Of a stretch of 64,000 bases of DNA, positions 36,321 to 45,414 are shown piece by piece. The position numbers and the translations under genes are program-made. The DNA is from an uncultured Chloroflexia bacterium (GTDB lineage: Bacteria; Chloroflexota; Dehalococcoidia; DSTF01; JALHUB01), in NCBI GenBank assembly GCA_963703345.1, contig OY969814.1:608001-672000 (forward strand). The letters are read 5' to 3'. Numbering within the stretch: the first letter of the stretch is position 1; each line of letters opens with the position of its first letter. Below the pieces are notes generated by a model, which saw nothing but the letters and a program-made list of their open reading frames with translations, searched no databases and was not told where the DNA came from.

Positions 36321-37737
36321 CTCGAGCGTCCCTCCCCCGCCTCGCGAAGGCGACCCCGCGCCGTCCGCGGCCTGCTGTCCGCCGCCGCCTCCACGGTGAG
36401 CGCCGCGCTCATCAGGTAGTCGTCGTGTCCCTCCGTCGGGTCGACGAAGAAGTTCATCGTTTGATTGGCGCGATAGGCGACGCGCGCCGCCTCCGCCTGC
36501 CGCCGGAACTCGCCGTATTCGTCCGAGGCGTCGCCGGCGTACATGCGCAGCCGGCCGCCGTTCACCGCCGCCAGCAGCGCGTAGCCCAGCCGCGACTTGC
36601 TTTCGCCCGTGAAGCGGAACGGCCGCACGACCTCCTGCCCCAGCGCCGCCGCCAGAAGCCGCGACAGCGTCTCGCCCAGGCCCGTCGCGTCCACCGCGAC
36701 CCGCCGGACGCGCCACGCGCGCCCCAGCACGTTCGACAAGACGCGCCAGCAGCGCGTCGTGTGGCTCGTCCGTCCAGGCGTAGTGCTCGACGATCTCGAT
36801 GCTCGGCTCCTGCACGAGGGCGGCGCGCGACGGATGCGACACGCGGGCAATCGTCAGCACCGTTGCGTCGCGACGCGGGGAGGCCGCCGCCGACGGGTCC
36901 AGCGCCGCGCCGGCGATGTCCAGCCCCGCGACGTACGTCTCCCCCGGCGCCGGCGTCGATTGCCGTCCGTGCGTACCCTGGAGTTGAGCGCGTTGCTGCC
37001 GGTCGAAAAGCCGCCCGCCGCCGTGCAGCGGCCGCAGGCAGTATTGCGTCAGAAAGAGCGGATGGCTCTCGCCCAGGCGCAGTCGCTCCGCCTCCACGAA
37101 CCGTCCGTAGGCCGCGTTGTGCTTCGCGACGCGCTGCCAATCGAATTCGAAGTGGCGGCGGACGCCGTCGCGACGCTCCGCTTCCAGGTTGGCCTGCTTC
37201 GTCCGCTCCAGCAGCGTGCGGTCATCCCAGGCAGTGCCAGAGAACCGTCGTCGCGCCGGTCGAGGCTGCCATGGGACGGAACTCCTTGTCGAACTTCTCC
37301 GCGTCGACGTCCTGCGCCTCGTCCACCTCCAGCAGCACCTGCGCCGTGTGCCCGACGACGTTGCTCTCGCGCTCCGCCGACAGGAAGAGCTGCCGCGCCT
37401 TGCCGACGCTGATCACCCGTCCCTGCTGCCGCGTCGAGATCGACGCCAGACCAAGCTCGCCGAGGCGCGCCCAGAGGCGTCGCATGCTTATGCGGCACTG
37501 CGGCTCGAACGTGGGCGCGCACTTCACGGAGTCGACGTCGCGCAGCATGTTCGCTACCAGCAGAAACGCCTCCAGTTGCGCCGAAAGCTCGTTCTTGCCG
37601 CCCTGTCGTGCCATCTCCACCGAGATCGTCAGCCCTTTGCGATTGAAGACGCTGTTCAGCACCGCGCGCGCCACTTCGACCTGGTAGGGGCGCAGGCGGC
37701 ATCGGACCAACGCTGTCGGCTCGGCTGTCGCGACCAT
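36317..37737 (-). pseudogene. Terminase large subunit with two frameshifts
   Basis: LRPYQ, Walker A MARQGGKNE, Walker B LLEVDEAQD, nuclease YVAGLDIAG / VAVDATGLG / GHDDY spread over three frames; shifts at about 37239 and 36732. Confidence 0.85.
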
Positions 37738-37955
37738 CAGCGCACCAGCCCCAGCACGAACTGCGTGATTACGACGCCGATGATCAGGAAGATGAGGCCG
37801 TTCACGCGCCCCTTCACCTCGTCGAGCTGCTTCTCCAGGTTGCGCAGCCGCTCCTCGACGACGGCGTGGAAGGCGGCGCTTGGAGACGCGCCCCGACGCA
37901 CGGTCCGTCGCTGCGGCCGCGCCTGCCCGCTAGTCTTCGCTTCCGGCGATGTCAC
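37737..37955 (-). CDS. Small coiled-coil protein with C-terminal TM helix
   Basis: EERLRNLEKQLDEVKGRVNG followed by LIFLIIGVVITQFVLGLV; overlaps both neighbours. Confidence 0.6.
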   Translation of the reverse strand: MTSPEAKTSGQARPQRRTVRRGASPSAAFHAVVEERLRNLEKQLDEVKGRVNGLIFLIIGVVITQFVLGLVR

Positions 37956-38298
37956 CTTCTCCCTCCGGGCTCATCATCCTGCCGTATTCCTCGATCGTCG
38001 CCCTGACGCTCTCGGAAAGTTCGGCTTTCGCGTCCTTCGACAGCCGGTAGCTGGCGGAAAGCGCCTTCACCAGCATCTCGACCCCCTTCAGCATCAGCGT
38101 CATGTTTTCCGGATGCTCCTCCAGCGCCCGTCGCAGCCGCAGTCGCAGCACCGCGATCTCCTGGTCGAGGCCCTGCACTTCGCGCGCGACCGCCAGTGCG
38201 ACCTTGTCGCCCTCCGGCACCGCCGAGTCGTAGAAGCCTTCGACGTCCGACGGCCGCCGGCAGCGACGTCGCGGGCGCTTCTTGCTAGCGCCGGTCAC
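37930..38298 (-). CDS. Putative terminase small subunit
   Basis: Helical 122 aa (GFYDS...GLDQEIAVLRLRL) just upstream of the large terminase; call is positional. Confidence 0.5.
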   Translation of the reverse strand: MTGASKKRPRRRCRRPSDVEGFYDSAVPEGDKVALAVAREVQGLDQEIAVLRLRLRRALEEHPENMTLMLKGVEMLVKALSASYRLSKDAKAELSESVRATIEEYGRMMSPEGEGDIAGSED

Positions 38299-38440
38299 GC
38301 GGCAAGCCTTCCAGCACTTCCAGCAGGCCGGTCAGCGCGTCCGGCGGCAGCTTCGCCGTCACCTCGGCCAGGCCAAGCAGCAGGTACAGCGCCACGACGT
38401 TCCACTCCCGCCTCTCAACCGCAATCGCCAATCGAGACAT
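38285..38440 (-). CDS. 51-aa hypothetical protein (absent from the ORF track)
   Basis: Manual translation MSRLAIAVERREWNVVALYLLLGLAEVTAKLPPDALTGLLEVLEGLPRDRR; GGAG RBS; fills the operon gap. Confidence 0.6.
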   Translation of the reverse strand: MSRLAIAVERREWNVVALYLLLGLAEVTAKLPPDALTGLLEVLEGLPRDRR

Positions 38441-38452
38441 ATCTCCGCTCCT

Positions 38453-38770
38453 CTAGCGCCGTCTTTCCTGACGCAGGATCAGCGCTGAAATGAATGCCGT
38501 GCCTGCCAGCAGCGCCAGTCGCGCCGAAAGCCAGGCCGGCGGCCAGAAGAATCCCTCAAGCGAGCCCTGCCAGCGATAGGTCCAGTACAGCGCCAGCGAG
38601 AAGCCGCCTTCGACGGCGATGGCCGCGTTCAGCAGAGCCAACGCCGCGCTCCCGACGCGATGCGACGCCCGCGAGCCCCGCGTGGCCCATCGCTTCGAGA
38701 AGTAGGCGGCGTTGAAACCGGCGCAGAAAATGGTGGCAAAGTCCTGTAGCAGGACGAGAACGTCCGCCAT
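38453..38770 (-). CDS. Three-helix membrane protein, first gene of the packaging operon
   Basis: Hydrophobic segments with basic C-terminus; downstream of the shared promoter. Confidence 0.6.
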   Translation of the reverse strand: MADVLVLLQDFATIFCAGFNAAYFSKRWATRGSRASHRVGSAALALLNAAIAVEGGFSLALYWTYRWQGSLEGFFWPPAWLSARLALLAGTAFISALILRQERRR

Positions 38771-38864
38771 AAAAATCCGTCCGTGTCGAGCGAGTGTTTA
38801 GGAGACCCTCATCAGTGTGGTTTCGCCGTTCCCTCGGAGGTTCTCAGGAGGAGGGATGGAAGGA

Positions 38865-38893
38865 AGAATAGAACACCCGTGCTATTCCGTCAA
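38865..38893 (-). promoter_or_regulatory. Sigma-70-type promoter with LexA-like operator (packaging operon)
   Basis: Minus strand TTGACG-N17-TATTCT; box AGCAC-GGGT-GTTCT at 38870-38883. Confidence 0.72.
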
Positions 38894-39124
38894 TCGGGGA
38901 ATGTCACTATTCTTGGCCGCATGGGGGATAACCGCCTCGTCAGGCGCGTTTTCACCGGCGGTGGTAAGATGGCGTACAGGGTCAACCGACGAAGAGGGGA
39001 GGAGAAGGTGGTTGCGGCTACCGCGTCCGGCTGACCGACTTGTTGCAGTGCGATGCCTCCCTATCGCTGATACAGTGGGATTCCCTGGGAATTGCGGTGC
39101 TGATATGGAGGCAACAAAACAATT

Positions 39125-39574
39125 ATGAAAAAGAATCCAGTGTTATCCGTGATGGCACTAGTAGTAGTCGCCGCCTTGGCCGAGGGTTCTTGTGCATCAT
39201 CCACGAAGCAAGGAGACGGGGGATCTAGTTCGAATACGCCAACTCCGTCAGCTACGTCAGCAGGCGATTCAGACATAGACAGTATCATTCGGAATTTGGT
39301 CCTAAGCGAAGCCGGTCCAAGTATCAAAGACGTGAGAGTCGAGCACAAAACCTATTACACCGACTCATCTGGTACCGACTGGATACGATTCATCGTGTAC
39401 CCCATACCCGCAGGGGTAACGGACCCTGCTTCCGGAATCCTAACAAAAGTCTCGGCGGGAAAGTGGGAGCTAGTCAACCTTGGAACGGGTCGTGTTGAGT
39501 GTGGTCTTCCACCGGATGTCCAGACGGGCCTGGGATTTACCATTTGCACGCCGGTGCCTAAGCGAGGGCCATGA
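39125..39574 (+). CDS. Secreted or lipoprotein-like hypothetical protein
   Basis: MKKN plus hydrophobic signal, Cys, Ser/Thr linker; GGAGG RBS; lower GC. Confidence 0.65.
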   Translation: MKKNPVLSVMALVVVAALAEGSCASSTKQGDGGSSSNTPTPSATSAGDSDIDSIIRNLVLSEAGPSIKDVRVEHKTYYTDSSGTDWIRFIVYPIPAGVTDPASGILTKVSAGKWELVNLGTGRVECGLPPDVQTGLGFTICTPVPKRGP

Positions 39575-39692
39575 TGATCGTTGACAACAGTGCCACCTTC
39601 ACCCACAACGGCTACAACCAGCTCGTCCAGCACGTCATCGGCGGCAGTGCTGCAACGGGCACGGCAGGAAGCGGGCGCATCGCGGCGCGCCC

Positions 39693-40292
39693 CTAGACGT
39701 TGCGATTGCGTGAAATGTCGTAGTACTCCCGCGCCGCGAGCACGTCCGGATGCACCGTCCACCCCTCGCGACGCGCCCGCTGGAGGTACAGGTCCAGTGC
39801 CCTGACCATCGCCGCGTCCAGGTCCTCCTGCGCCAGGTCGCGCACCTCACGCCACTCCGGATAGTGCGCCAGCTCGTCCGGCTCCGTCTTGTCCGCCAGG
39901 AAGACGACCTTCTCGATGTCCGACATCCCGGCGCGACCCGTCGTGTGATAGCGCACCGCGTCCAGCACCGCCGCGTCGTGGATGCCGAAGCGCTGGGCAA
40001 GCATCCGGGCCGCCATCGCGCCATGCAGTAGCAGCGGCTCCGCCCGCTCCGCCTCGTTCGGCTCGATGCCCGCATCGTGCGCCAGCCGCAGCAGCTCTTC
40101 GCGCGGGGTCACTCGCAGCAGGTCGTGGCCGAGCACCGCCAGCCGCACCCTGGCCTCATCGACGCCATGGAGCCGCGCCAGCCGTTCGCCCACGTCCTCC
40201 ACGCGTTTGACGTGGCTTCGCAGCGGCTCCGGCAGCCGCTCGACCTCACGACGCAGCGACTCCTCGACGTCGGACGCGTCAGCCTTCGGCAT
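39693..40292 (-). CDS. yqeK: HD-domain Ap4A hydrolase (YqeK family)
   Basis: SHVKRV, LGHDL, LLHG, VRYHTTG, VFLADKTEP. Confidence 0.85.
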   Translation of the reverse strand: MPKADASDVEESLRREVERLPEPLRSHVKRVEDVGERLARLHGVDEARVRLAVLGHDLLRVTPREELLRLAHDAGIEPNEAERAEPLLLHGAMAARMLAQRFGIHDAAVLDAVRYHTTGRAGMSDIEKVVFLADKTEPDELAHYPEWREVRDLAQEDLDAAMVRALDLYLQRARREGWTVHPDVLAAREYYDISRNRNV

Positions 40293-40620
40293 GCAGGACC
40301 CGACCGCCCAACACGTGCATGTGGAGGTGCATGATCACCTGCCCGCCCTCTAGCCCGACGTTCATCGCCACGCGATAGCCGCTCTCCGCGACGCCCTTCC
40401 TGACGGCCAGCTCCTTCGCGACCTGGATCATGTGGAAGAGGAGCGGCATGTGCGCCTCCGTCACGTCCACCAGCGAGCGTATGTGCTCCCTGGGGATGAC
40501 CATGAAGTGCACCGGCGCCCGCGGGTTGATGTCGTCGATGGCGAACAGCGAGCCGTTCTCGTACAGCTTCTCGACCTGCATCTCGCCGGACGCCATTCGA
40601 CAGAAGAGGCAATCGTCCAT
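40279..40620 (-). CDS. Histidine triad nucleotide-binding protein (HinT-like)
   Basis: MDDCLFC, DINPRAPVHFMVIP, GQVIMHLHMHVLGG. Confidence 0.92.
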   Translation of the reverse strand: MDDCLFCRMASGEMQVEKLYENGSLFAIDDINPRAPVHFMVIPREHIRSLVDVTEAHMPLLFHMIQVAKELAVRKGVAESGYRVAMNVGLEGGQVIMHLHMHVLGGRVLHAEG

Positions 40621-40746
40621 GGCTCCATCCTTTCGCGACGACTTGCACCTCAATATAGCTCATCGCTCGCGCGACGGCGCAACAAGAAGGGACCGACGCC
40701 TTGCGGCGCCGGCCCGTATGTCTGTCTTGACGGTTTTGGAGGGCTT

Positions 40747-41214
40747 CTACTGCGTTAGCTTGTCGACGCAGGCCATGACGGCGTCCATCAGCTTCTGGTC
40801 GATCTCCGGCGGAAGCGTCGAGTCGCCGGATAGGCCTGCCTCACCGATCTGCCTCAGCTCGTCGGTGGTAACGTTCTTCAGGAGCTCATCGATAGCGCAC
40901 GTGCAATACTCCTGCGCCATCTCCGGCGAAACGTCCTGGCCTTGCGCCTCGTCCAGGCACGACTTGACGGCGATTTCACGGAATACTTCCGTGTCCGGCT
41001 CGCTCTTCGGCGGGTTCGCCTGCCACGTTGCGACCTTCTGCGGAGTCGACTGCGCGCTCGTTGTCGTCGTCGCCGCCGTCGTCGCCGCCGTCGCCGCCGC
41101 CGTCGCCCAGATCGACGGGTCTGCTATTTTGCTGCCGCCGCCGCAACCGGCCGCGAGCAGCGCCCCAGCCAGCGAAACGGCCAGCACAATGACCAACAGA
41201 GCTTTCTGTCTCAA
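40747..41214 (-). CDS. Lipoprotein
   Basis: Lipobox LAAGC, Ala/Thr linker, helical domain with YCTC. Confidence 0.7.
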   Translation of the reverse strand: MRQKALLVIVLAVSLAGALLAAGCGGGSKIADPSIWATAAATAATTAATTTTSAQSTPQKVATWQANPPKSEPDTEVFREIAVKSCLDEAQGQDVSPEMAQEYCTCAIDELLKNVTTDELRQIGEAGLSGDSTLPPEIDQKLMDAVMACVDKLTQ

Positions 41215-41310
41215 GACATACCCCTTTCTGCTCTGCTGGTATCATCGGCAAACCCCTGTCGTCCTCCATCGACCGTTTGGCGTACGCCCCGTCGTCCTTT
41301 CGAGCACGCG

Positions 41311-41340
41311 AAAAGGCCGGCACCCAAACGATGCCGGCCC
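41311..41340 (-). terminator. Intrinsic terminator after htpX
   Basis: GGCCGGCA/TGCCGGCC stem followed by TTTT on the minus strand. Confidence 0.65.
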
Positions 41341-41363
41341 TTGCCATTCAAAACGTGTCTTTG

Positions 41364-42230
41364 CTAGCTATAGGCCAGTCCCGCCATCGAGTACAGCCGC
41401 CTCACCCTCTCCTCGATCGGCGGGTGCGTGCTGAAGAGGTTCGTCATGCCTTGAGCCTTGAACGGGTTGACAATGTACAGGTGCGCCGTCGCCTGCGTTA
41501 CGCCCGTCTCCGGCATCGGCCGCATCTGCACGCCCTGGTGCAGCTTCATCAGAGCGCTGGCCAGCGCCTCCGGATCGTGCACCATCCGAGCGCCCGTCGC
41601 GTCGGCCTGGAACTCCCGCGAGCGCGAGATCGCCATTCGGATCAGCGTCGCCGCAATCGGCGCTAGGATGACCGTCGCCAGGAGCGCGACGATACCGAGT
41701 GGATTGTCGCGGCCGCCGCGCCGTCCGCCGCCGAAGAGGAGGCTCCACTGCAGCATCCAGGCGATCATCGTGATCGCGCCCGCGACCGTCGCCACGACTG
41801 TCGAGATGAGGATGTCGTGGTTGCGGATGTGTCCCAGCTCATGCCCGAGGACGCCGCGCAGCTCCCGCTCGTCGAGGATGCGCGCGATGCCCGTCGTCAC
41901 GGCGACCGCGGCGTGATTGGCGTTGCGGCCGGTGGCGAAGGCGTTCGGCGTATCGGTGTTGATGATGTAGACGCGCGGCTTGGGGATCATCGCCAGGTGC
42001 GCCACCTCGTCGACGATGGCGTGCAATCGCGGCTCCTGCTCCGCCGTCACCTCCTTCGCGCCGGACGCCTTCAGCGCCAGCTTGTCGGAGAACCAGTACG
42101 ACGAGAAGTTGAGCACCGCGGCCAGCACCAGGAAGACGACCATGCCCGAGTAGCCGCCGATGGCCCAGCCGACGGCGACGAGTATCGACGTCAGCAGGGC
42201 GAACAAGAAGAAAGTCTTCAGATTATTCAT
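41364..42230 (-). CDS. htpX: Zinc metalloprotease HtpX (M48)
   Basis: PNAFATGR, HELGH, SRSREFQAD, LFSTHPP. Confidence 0.93.
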   Translation of the reverse strand: MNNLKTFFLFALLTSILVAVGWAIGGYSGMVVFLVLAAVLNFSSYWFSDKLALKASGAKEVTAEQEPRLHAIVDEVAHLAMIPKPRVYIINTDTPNAFATGRNANHAAVAVTTGIARILDERELRGVLGHELGHIRNHDILISTVVATVAGAITMIAWMLQWSLLFGGGRRGGRDNPLGIVALLATVILAPIAATLIRMAISRSREFQADATGARMVHDPEALASALMKLHQGVQMRPMPETGVTQATAHLYIVNPFKAQGMTNLFSTHPPIEERVRRLYSMAGLAYS

Positions 42231-42379
42231 TGTCTCCTCCACCCCGTTGGCCGGCCTGTTCACCTGCCTCTGGAGGGCTGTCAGGTGGGCCCAATCGGGG
42301 CAATCCTATCCGCATCTATTATACAGCACCTCGGCCGTACAGCCGCGAACCTGAAGCCGTGCCCGCGGTCGAACAGAAT

Positions 42380-42411
42380 GGGGCTGCCCCGTCAATCGAC
42401 GGGACAGCCCC
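42380..42411 (-). terminator. Hairpin after the acyl-CoA dehydrogenase operon
   Basis: GGGGCTGCCCCGTC/GACGGGACAGCCCC near-perfect stem. Confidence 0.55.
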
Positions 42412-42438
42412 AAAGCTTCGTCTCCTGTCGATGCCGGG

Positions 42439-43575
42439 CTACACGCCCAGCGACTGCGCGACCATCTCCCGGTGGAAATCGGCGTCGCCCCACATCAGGT
42501 CCGCCATCTTCTGACGACGGAAGTAGAGCTGGATCTTGTAGTCCTTCGTAAAGCCGATACCGCCGTGGATCTGCTGGCCGTGCGCCACCACGCGTCGCGT
42601 CGCGTCGTTGGCCCACGCCTTCGCCATGTGCACTGCCTGCACCGCGTCCGGCTCGTCCTCCGCCAGCGACCAGGCCGCGCGGTAGACCATGAAGCGCGCG
42701 CCGTCGCAGTCCGTCACCATGTCCGCGCACTTGTGCTGGATCGCCTGGAAGCTGCCGATCGGCCGGCCGAACTGCACGCGCTCCTTCGCGTAGTTCACCG
42801 TGATCTCGAAGTCCATCTGCGCCAGGCCGACGAGGTAGGCGCTCTCCAGGATAGCCGCCTTCAGCAGCAGCTTGCTGAGGATCGGCCAGCCCTTGTCGAT
42901 CTCGCCGAGGACGTTCGACTTCGGCACCGAAACGTTCTCGAACTTCACCTCGCGCTGCTTGTCGCTGCCGATGGTCAGCAGGGGGATCGTGAGGATGCCG
43001 GGGCTCGTGGAGTCGACGATGACCAGCGTGATGCCGTCCTCGGCGCTGCCGCCCGTCTTCGTCCGCACGGCAACCGTCATGAAGTCGGCGACGTGCGCGT
43101 CGCGGACGAAGAGCTTCGTGCCGTTCAGCACCAGCTTGTCGCCCTCGACTTTCGCCTCCATCTGCACGCCCTCGGCGTCGAAGCGCGCCGACGGCTCCGT
43201 CACCGCCAGCGTCCACATCTCTTCGCCGGCCGCAATCTTGGCCAGGTGCGCCTGCTTCTGCGCGTCCGTGCCCCATCCGAGCAGCGGGATCGCGCCGCCC
43301 ACCTGCGTCGAGAGGAAGGGTCCCGGCACCAGCGCCCGACCGAACTCCTCGGTCAGGACCGCCAGGTCCATGAAGCCCATGCCGCTGCCTCCCTGCTCCG
43401 GCGGGATGATGAGCCCGCACCAGCCCTGGTCGGCCATGCCCCTCCACAATTGCGGCGAATAGCCCTTTTCGTCCTCCTCCATCTCCCGGACGAGGTTCTC
43501 CGTGCACTCCTTCTCCAGGAAGTCGCGCGCAAAGTTCTTGAGCAGCTCTTGCTCTTCGCTAAGACCCAGGTCCAT
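42439..43575 (-). CDS. Acyl-CoA dehydrogenase family protein (partner-subunit type)
   Basis: LAVTEP, RVQFGRPIGSFQAIQH, QIHGGIGFT. Confidence 0.9.
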   Translation of the reverse strand: MDLGLSEEQELLKNFARDFLEKECTENLVREMEEDEKGYSPQLWRGMADQGWCGLIIPPEQGGSGMGFMDLAVLTEEFGRALVPGPFLSTQVGGAIPLLGWGTDAQKQAHLAKIAAGEEMWTLAVTEPSARFDAEGVQMEAKVEGDKLVLNGTKLFVRDAHVADFMTVAVRTKTGGSAEDGITLVIVDSTSPGILTIPLLTIGSDKQREVKFENVSVPKSNVLGEIDKGWPILSKLLLKAAILESAYLVGLAQMDFEITVNYAKERVQFGRPIGSFQAIQHKCADMVTDCDGARFMVYRAAWSLAEDEPDAVQAVHMAKAWANDATRRVVAHGQQIHGGIGFTKDYKIQLYFRRQKMADLMWGDADFHREMVAQSLGV

Positions 43576-43675
43576 TCTTGGCTCCTTTCCTACTCCGGCT
43601 CTCCCGAGCCGTTCTGCTTCGATTGCGTCTATGTCCGCGGCCGCGACGCCGCAGCGGCGACCGTCTATCCCGTTA

Positions 43676-44206
43676 TCAGACGCCGGCGTCTATCTTTTTC
43701 GCCGGCCAGTCAAATCGAAAGGAAATCTCGCAGCTCCCGTTGCAGGTGTCGCACTCGCCCGTGCCGATGACTTCGGCGGGAATGCCAAGTCCCTCCATCC
43801 AGCCGCGAAAGCGGGTCGGAGCGGCGCAACGGTAGGTGGACAGTCCGCCTGATTTGCGGACGTTATCCCACACGTAGCAATGCAGTATGCGTCCGACCAT
43901 CAGGTCATCCGCGGCGATCTCGATTTCCGTCTTGTGCTGTTCAAGCCAGTAGAGCGGGCCGGCCATCTCGATGAACTCCTTGAAGTCTCGCGCGCTCGCG
44001 ATCTCCGTGCCGGTCCGGTCCATCAGCTCTCTAGCCTCTTTCTTTCCCATCGATTTGACCACGATCATGTTCATCTTGTTGGCGATTTCGAATCCGAACT
44101 CCTCGGCCGTCTTCAGGAACCACCGCCCGTCGTGGGCGACCCACAAGTCCCGCAACAGCGCTTCTTTTTCCGTGGGTGAGAGCTCCGCTCTCATGGAAGA
44201 CATCAT
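43676..44206 (-). CDS. DUF6125-like / V4R-related hypothetical protein
   Basis: LWVAHDGRWF N-terminal motif and a Cys set ending in CEISF; within the operon. Confidence 0.55.
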   Translation of the reverse strand: MMSSMRAELSPTEKEALLRDLWVAHDGRWFLKTAEEFGFEIANKMNMIVVKSMGKKEARELMDRTGTEIASARDFKEFIEMAGPLYWLEQHKTEIEIAADDLMVGRILHCYVWDNVRKSGGLSTYRCAAPTRFRGWMEGLGIPAEVIGTGECDTCNGSCEISFRFDWPAKKIDAGV

Positions 44207-44224
44207 GTCGTTCCGCCTTCGCGC

Positions 44225-45400
44225 TCAGTCCCTCGAAAGGCCGAGGCCCCTCTGCGCGATGATGTTGCGCTGTATTTCCGACGTGCCCGCCTCGATGGTG
44301 TACCCGACCGACCGCAGGTACTGGTGCGACCAGGCGCCCATGTGCGGCGCCTTCTCGTCGCCCGACATGAGCTGCGCGTACATCCCCATGACGTTCATCT
44401 TCGTGCGGGCGATACGCTGGTGCAGCTCCGCCGAGAACACCTTCACCACCGACGCCTCGTAGTTGGGGATAAGGCCGCGGTTCTGCATGCTGGCGATGCG
44501 GTAGGAAAGCATGCGCCCCACCTCCGCCTCGATCAGGCGGTCCGCCAGCTCCAGCCGCAACAGCGGGTTCATGTCCAGCACGGAGATCAGGAGCTTGCGG
44601 TACTGTACCGCGTAGTCGATCAGGTCCTCCACCTCTTGCCGCATGCCAACCGCTGAGCCAACGCTGGAGCGCTCAAAGTCGAGCGTCGTCATGCCGACGT
44701 ACCAGCCGCGGTTCTCCTGCCCGACGATGTTCTCCTTCGGAACGCGGACGTTGTCGAAGAACACCTCGTTGAACTCGCGAGTGTCCGCCATGTTGGTGAG
44801 GCCGCGGACTTCGATGCCCGGCGACTTCATGTCCACGACGAAGTACGTTATCCCCTTGTGCTTCGGCGCGTCCGGGTCCGTGCGCGCCAGGCAGATCATC
44901 CACCTCGCCATGTGGGCGATGGTGCTCCAGATCTTCTGGCCGTTCAGCACGTAGTCGTCTCCGTCCTTCACCGCCCGCGTTCGCAGGGAAGCGAGGTCGG
45001 AGCCCGCCTCCGGCTCGGAGTAGCCCTGGCACCAGATGTCGGTGCCGGCGAGAACGCCGGGCAGCCAGCGCTTCTTCTGCTCCTCGTTCCCGTGGACGAT
45101 GATGGTCGGTCCCGCCAGTCCCAGGCCGATGACCAGGTGAGCGGGGCGCGGCGCCCGATGGCTTGCCATCTCCTCGTTGAAGATAAACTGCTCGATCTGG
45201 CTCATGCCGGCGCCGCCGTACTCCTTCGGCCAGGCCGGAGCGATCCAGCCGCGCTCAGCCAGTTTCTTGAACCAGCTCTGTCCTTTTTCTGCCAGCATCT
45301 CATACGACATTCCCGGCTGGGCGCGCGGCGCTTCCTTCTCAATGAAGTCCACAACCGCTTTCCGAAACGCCGCCTCTTCCGGTGAATCTCTAAGGTCCAC
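44225..45400 (-). CDS. Acyl-CoA dehydrogenase
   Basis: WCQGYSEPEAGSDLASL, NGQKIWS, FNEVFFDNVRVP, GTSEIQRNII. Confidence 0.93.
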   Translation of the reverse strand: MDLRDSPEEAAFRKAVVDFIEKEAPRAQPGMSYEMLAEKGQSWFKKLAERGWIAPAWPKEYGGAGMSQIEQFIFNEEMASHRAPRPAHLVIGLGLAGPTIIVHGNEEQKKRWLPGVLAGTDIWCQGYSEPEAGSDLASLRTRAVKDGDDYVLNGQKIWSTIAHMARWMICLARTDPDAPKHKGITYFVVDMKSPGIEVRGLTNMADTREFNEVFFDNVRVPKENIVGQENRGWYVGMTTLDFERSSVGSAVGMRQEVEDLIDYAVQYRKLLISVLDMNPLLRLELADRLIEAEVGRMLSYRIASMQNRGLIPNYEASVVKVFSAELHQRIARTKMNVMGMYAQLMSGDEKAPHMGAWSHQYLRSVGYTIEAGTSEIQRNIIAQRGLGLSRD

Positions 45401-45414
45401 TGCGGTTCTCCTCG

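Larger units (their letters stand above)
8820..38770 (-). other. GTA-like (domesticated phage) morphogenesis cluster, interrupted by host genes, an RM pair and a mobile element
   Basis: Co-oriented terminase-portal-scaffold-capsid-adaptor-hub/spike-holin order; no integrase, replication or repressor gene outside the inserted element; host-like composition; adjacent to dnaN. Confidence 0.7.

Noticed and set aside
36721-36730. Third att-like site GCCCCAGCAC
   Set aside because: One mismatch, inside terminase coding sequence, no boundary in composition; such a match is expected by chance in GC-rich DNA
36018-37097. 359-aa ORF as a real terminase-HTH fusion
   Set aside because: Chimera caused by the frameshift at about 36732; the middle part is off-frame and the HTH gene has its own ATG at 36320
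8820-38770. One intact 30-kb prophage whose integrase is the serine recombinase
   Set aside because: The recombinase and its att cores bound only 21055-35323 and break the portal; the structural genes are outside, on the other strand, host-like and mixed with host genes
39693-40620. HIT plus YqeK pair as a nucleotide-signalling defence system
   Set aside because: Host-like composition and ordinary housekeeping families; nothing indicates mobility
41817-45385. Long plus-strand ORFs opposite htpX and the acyl-CoA dehydrogenases (also those opposite acs, dnaN and the recombinase)
   Set aside because: Antisense shadows typical of high-GC coding DNA, with no motifs
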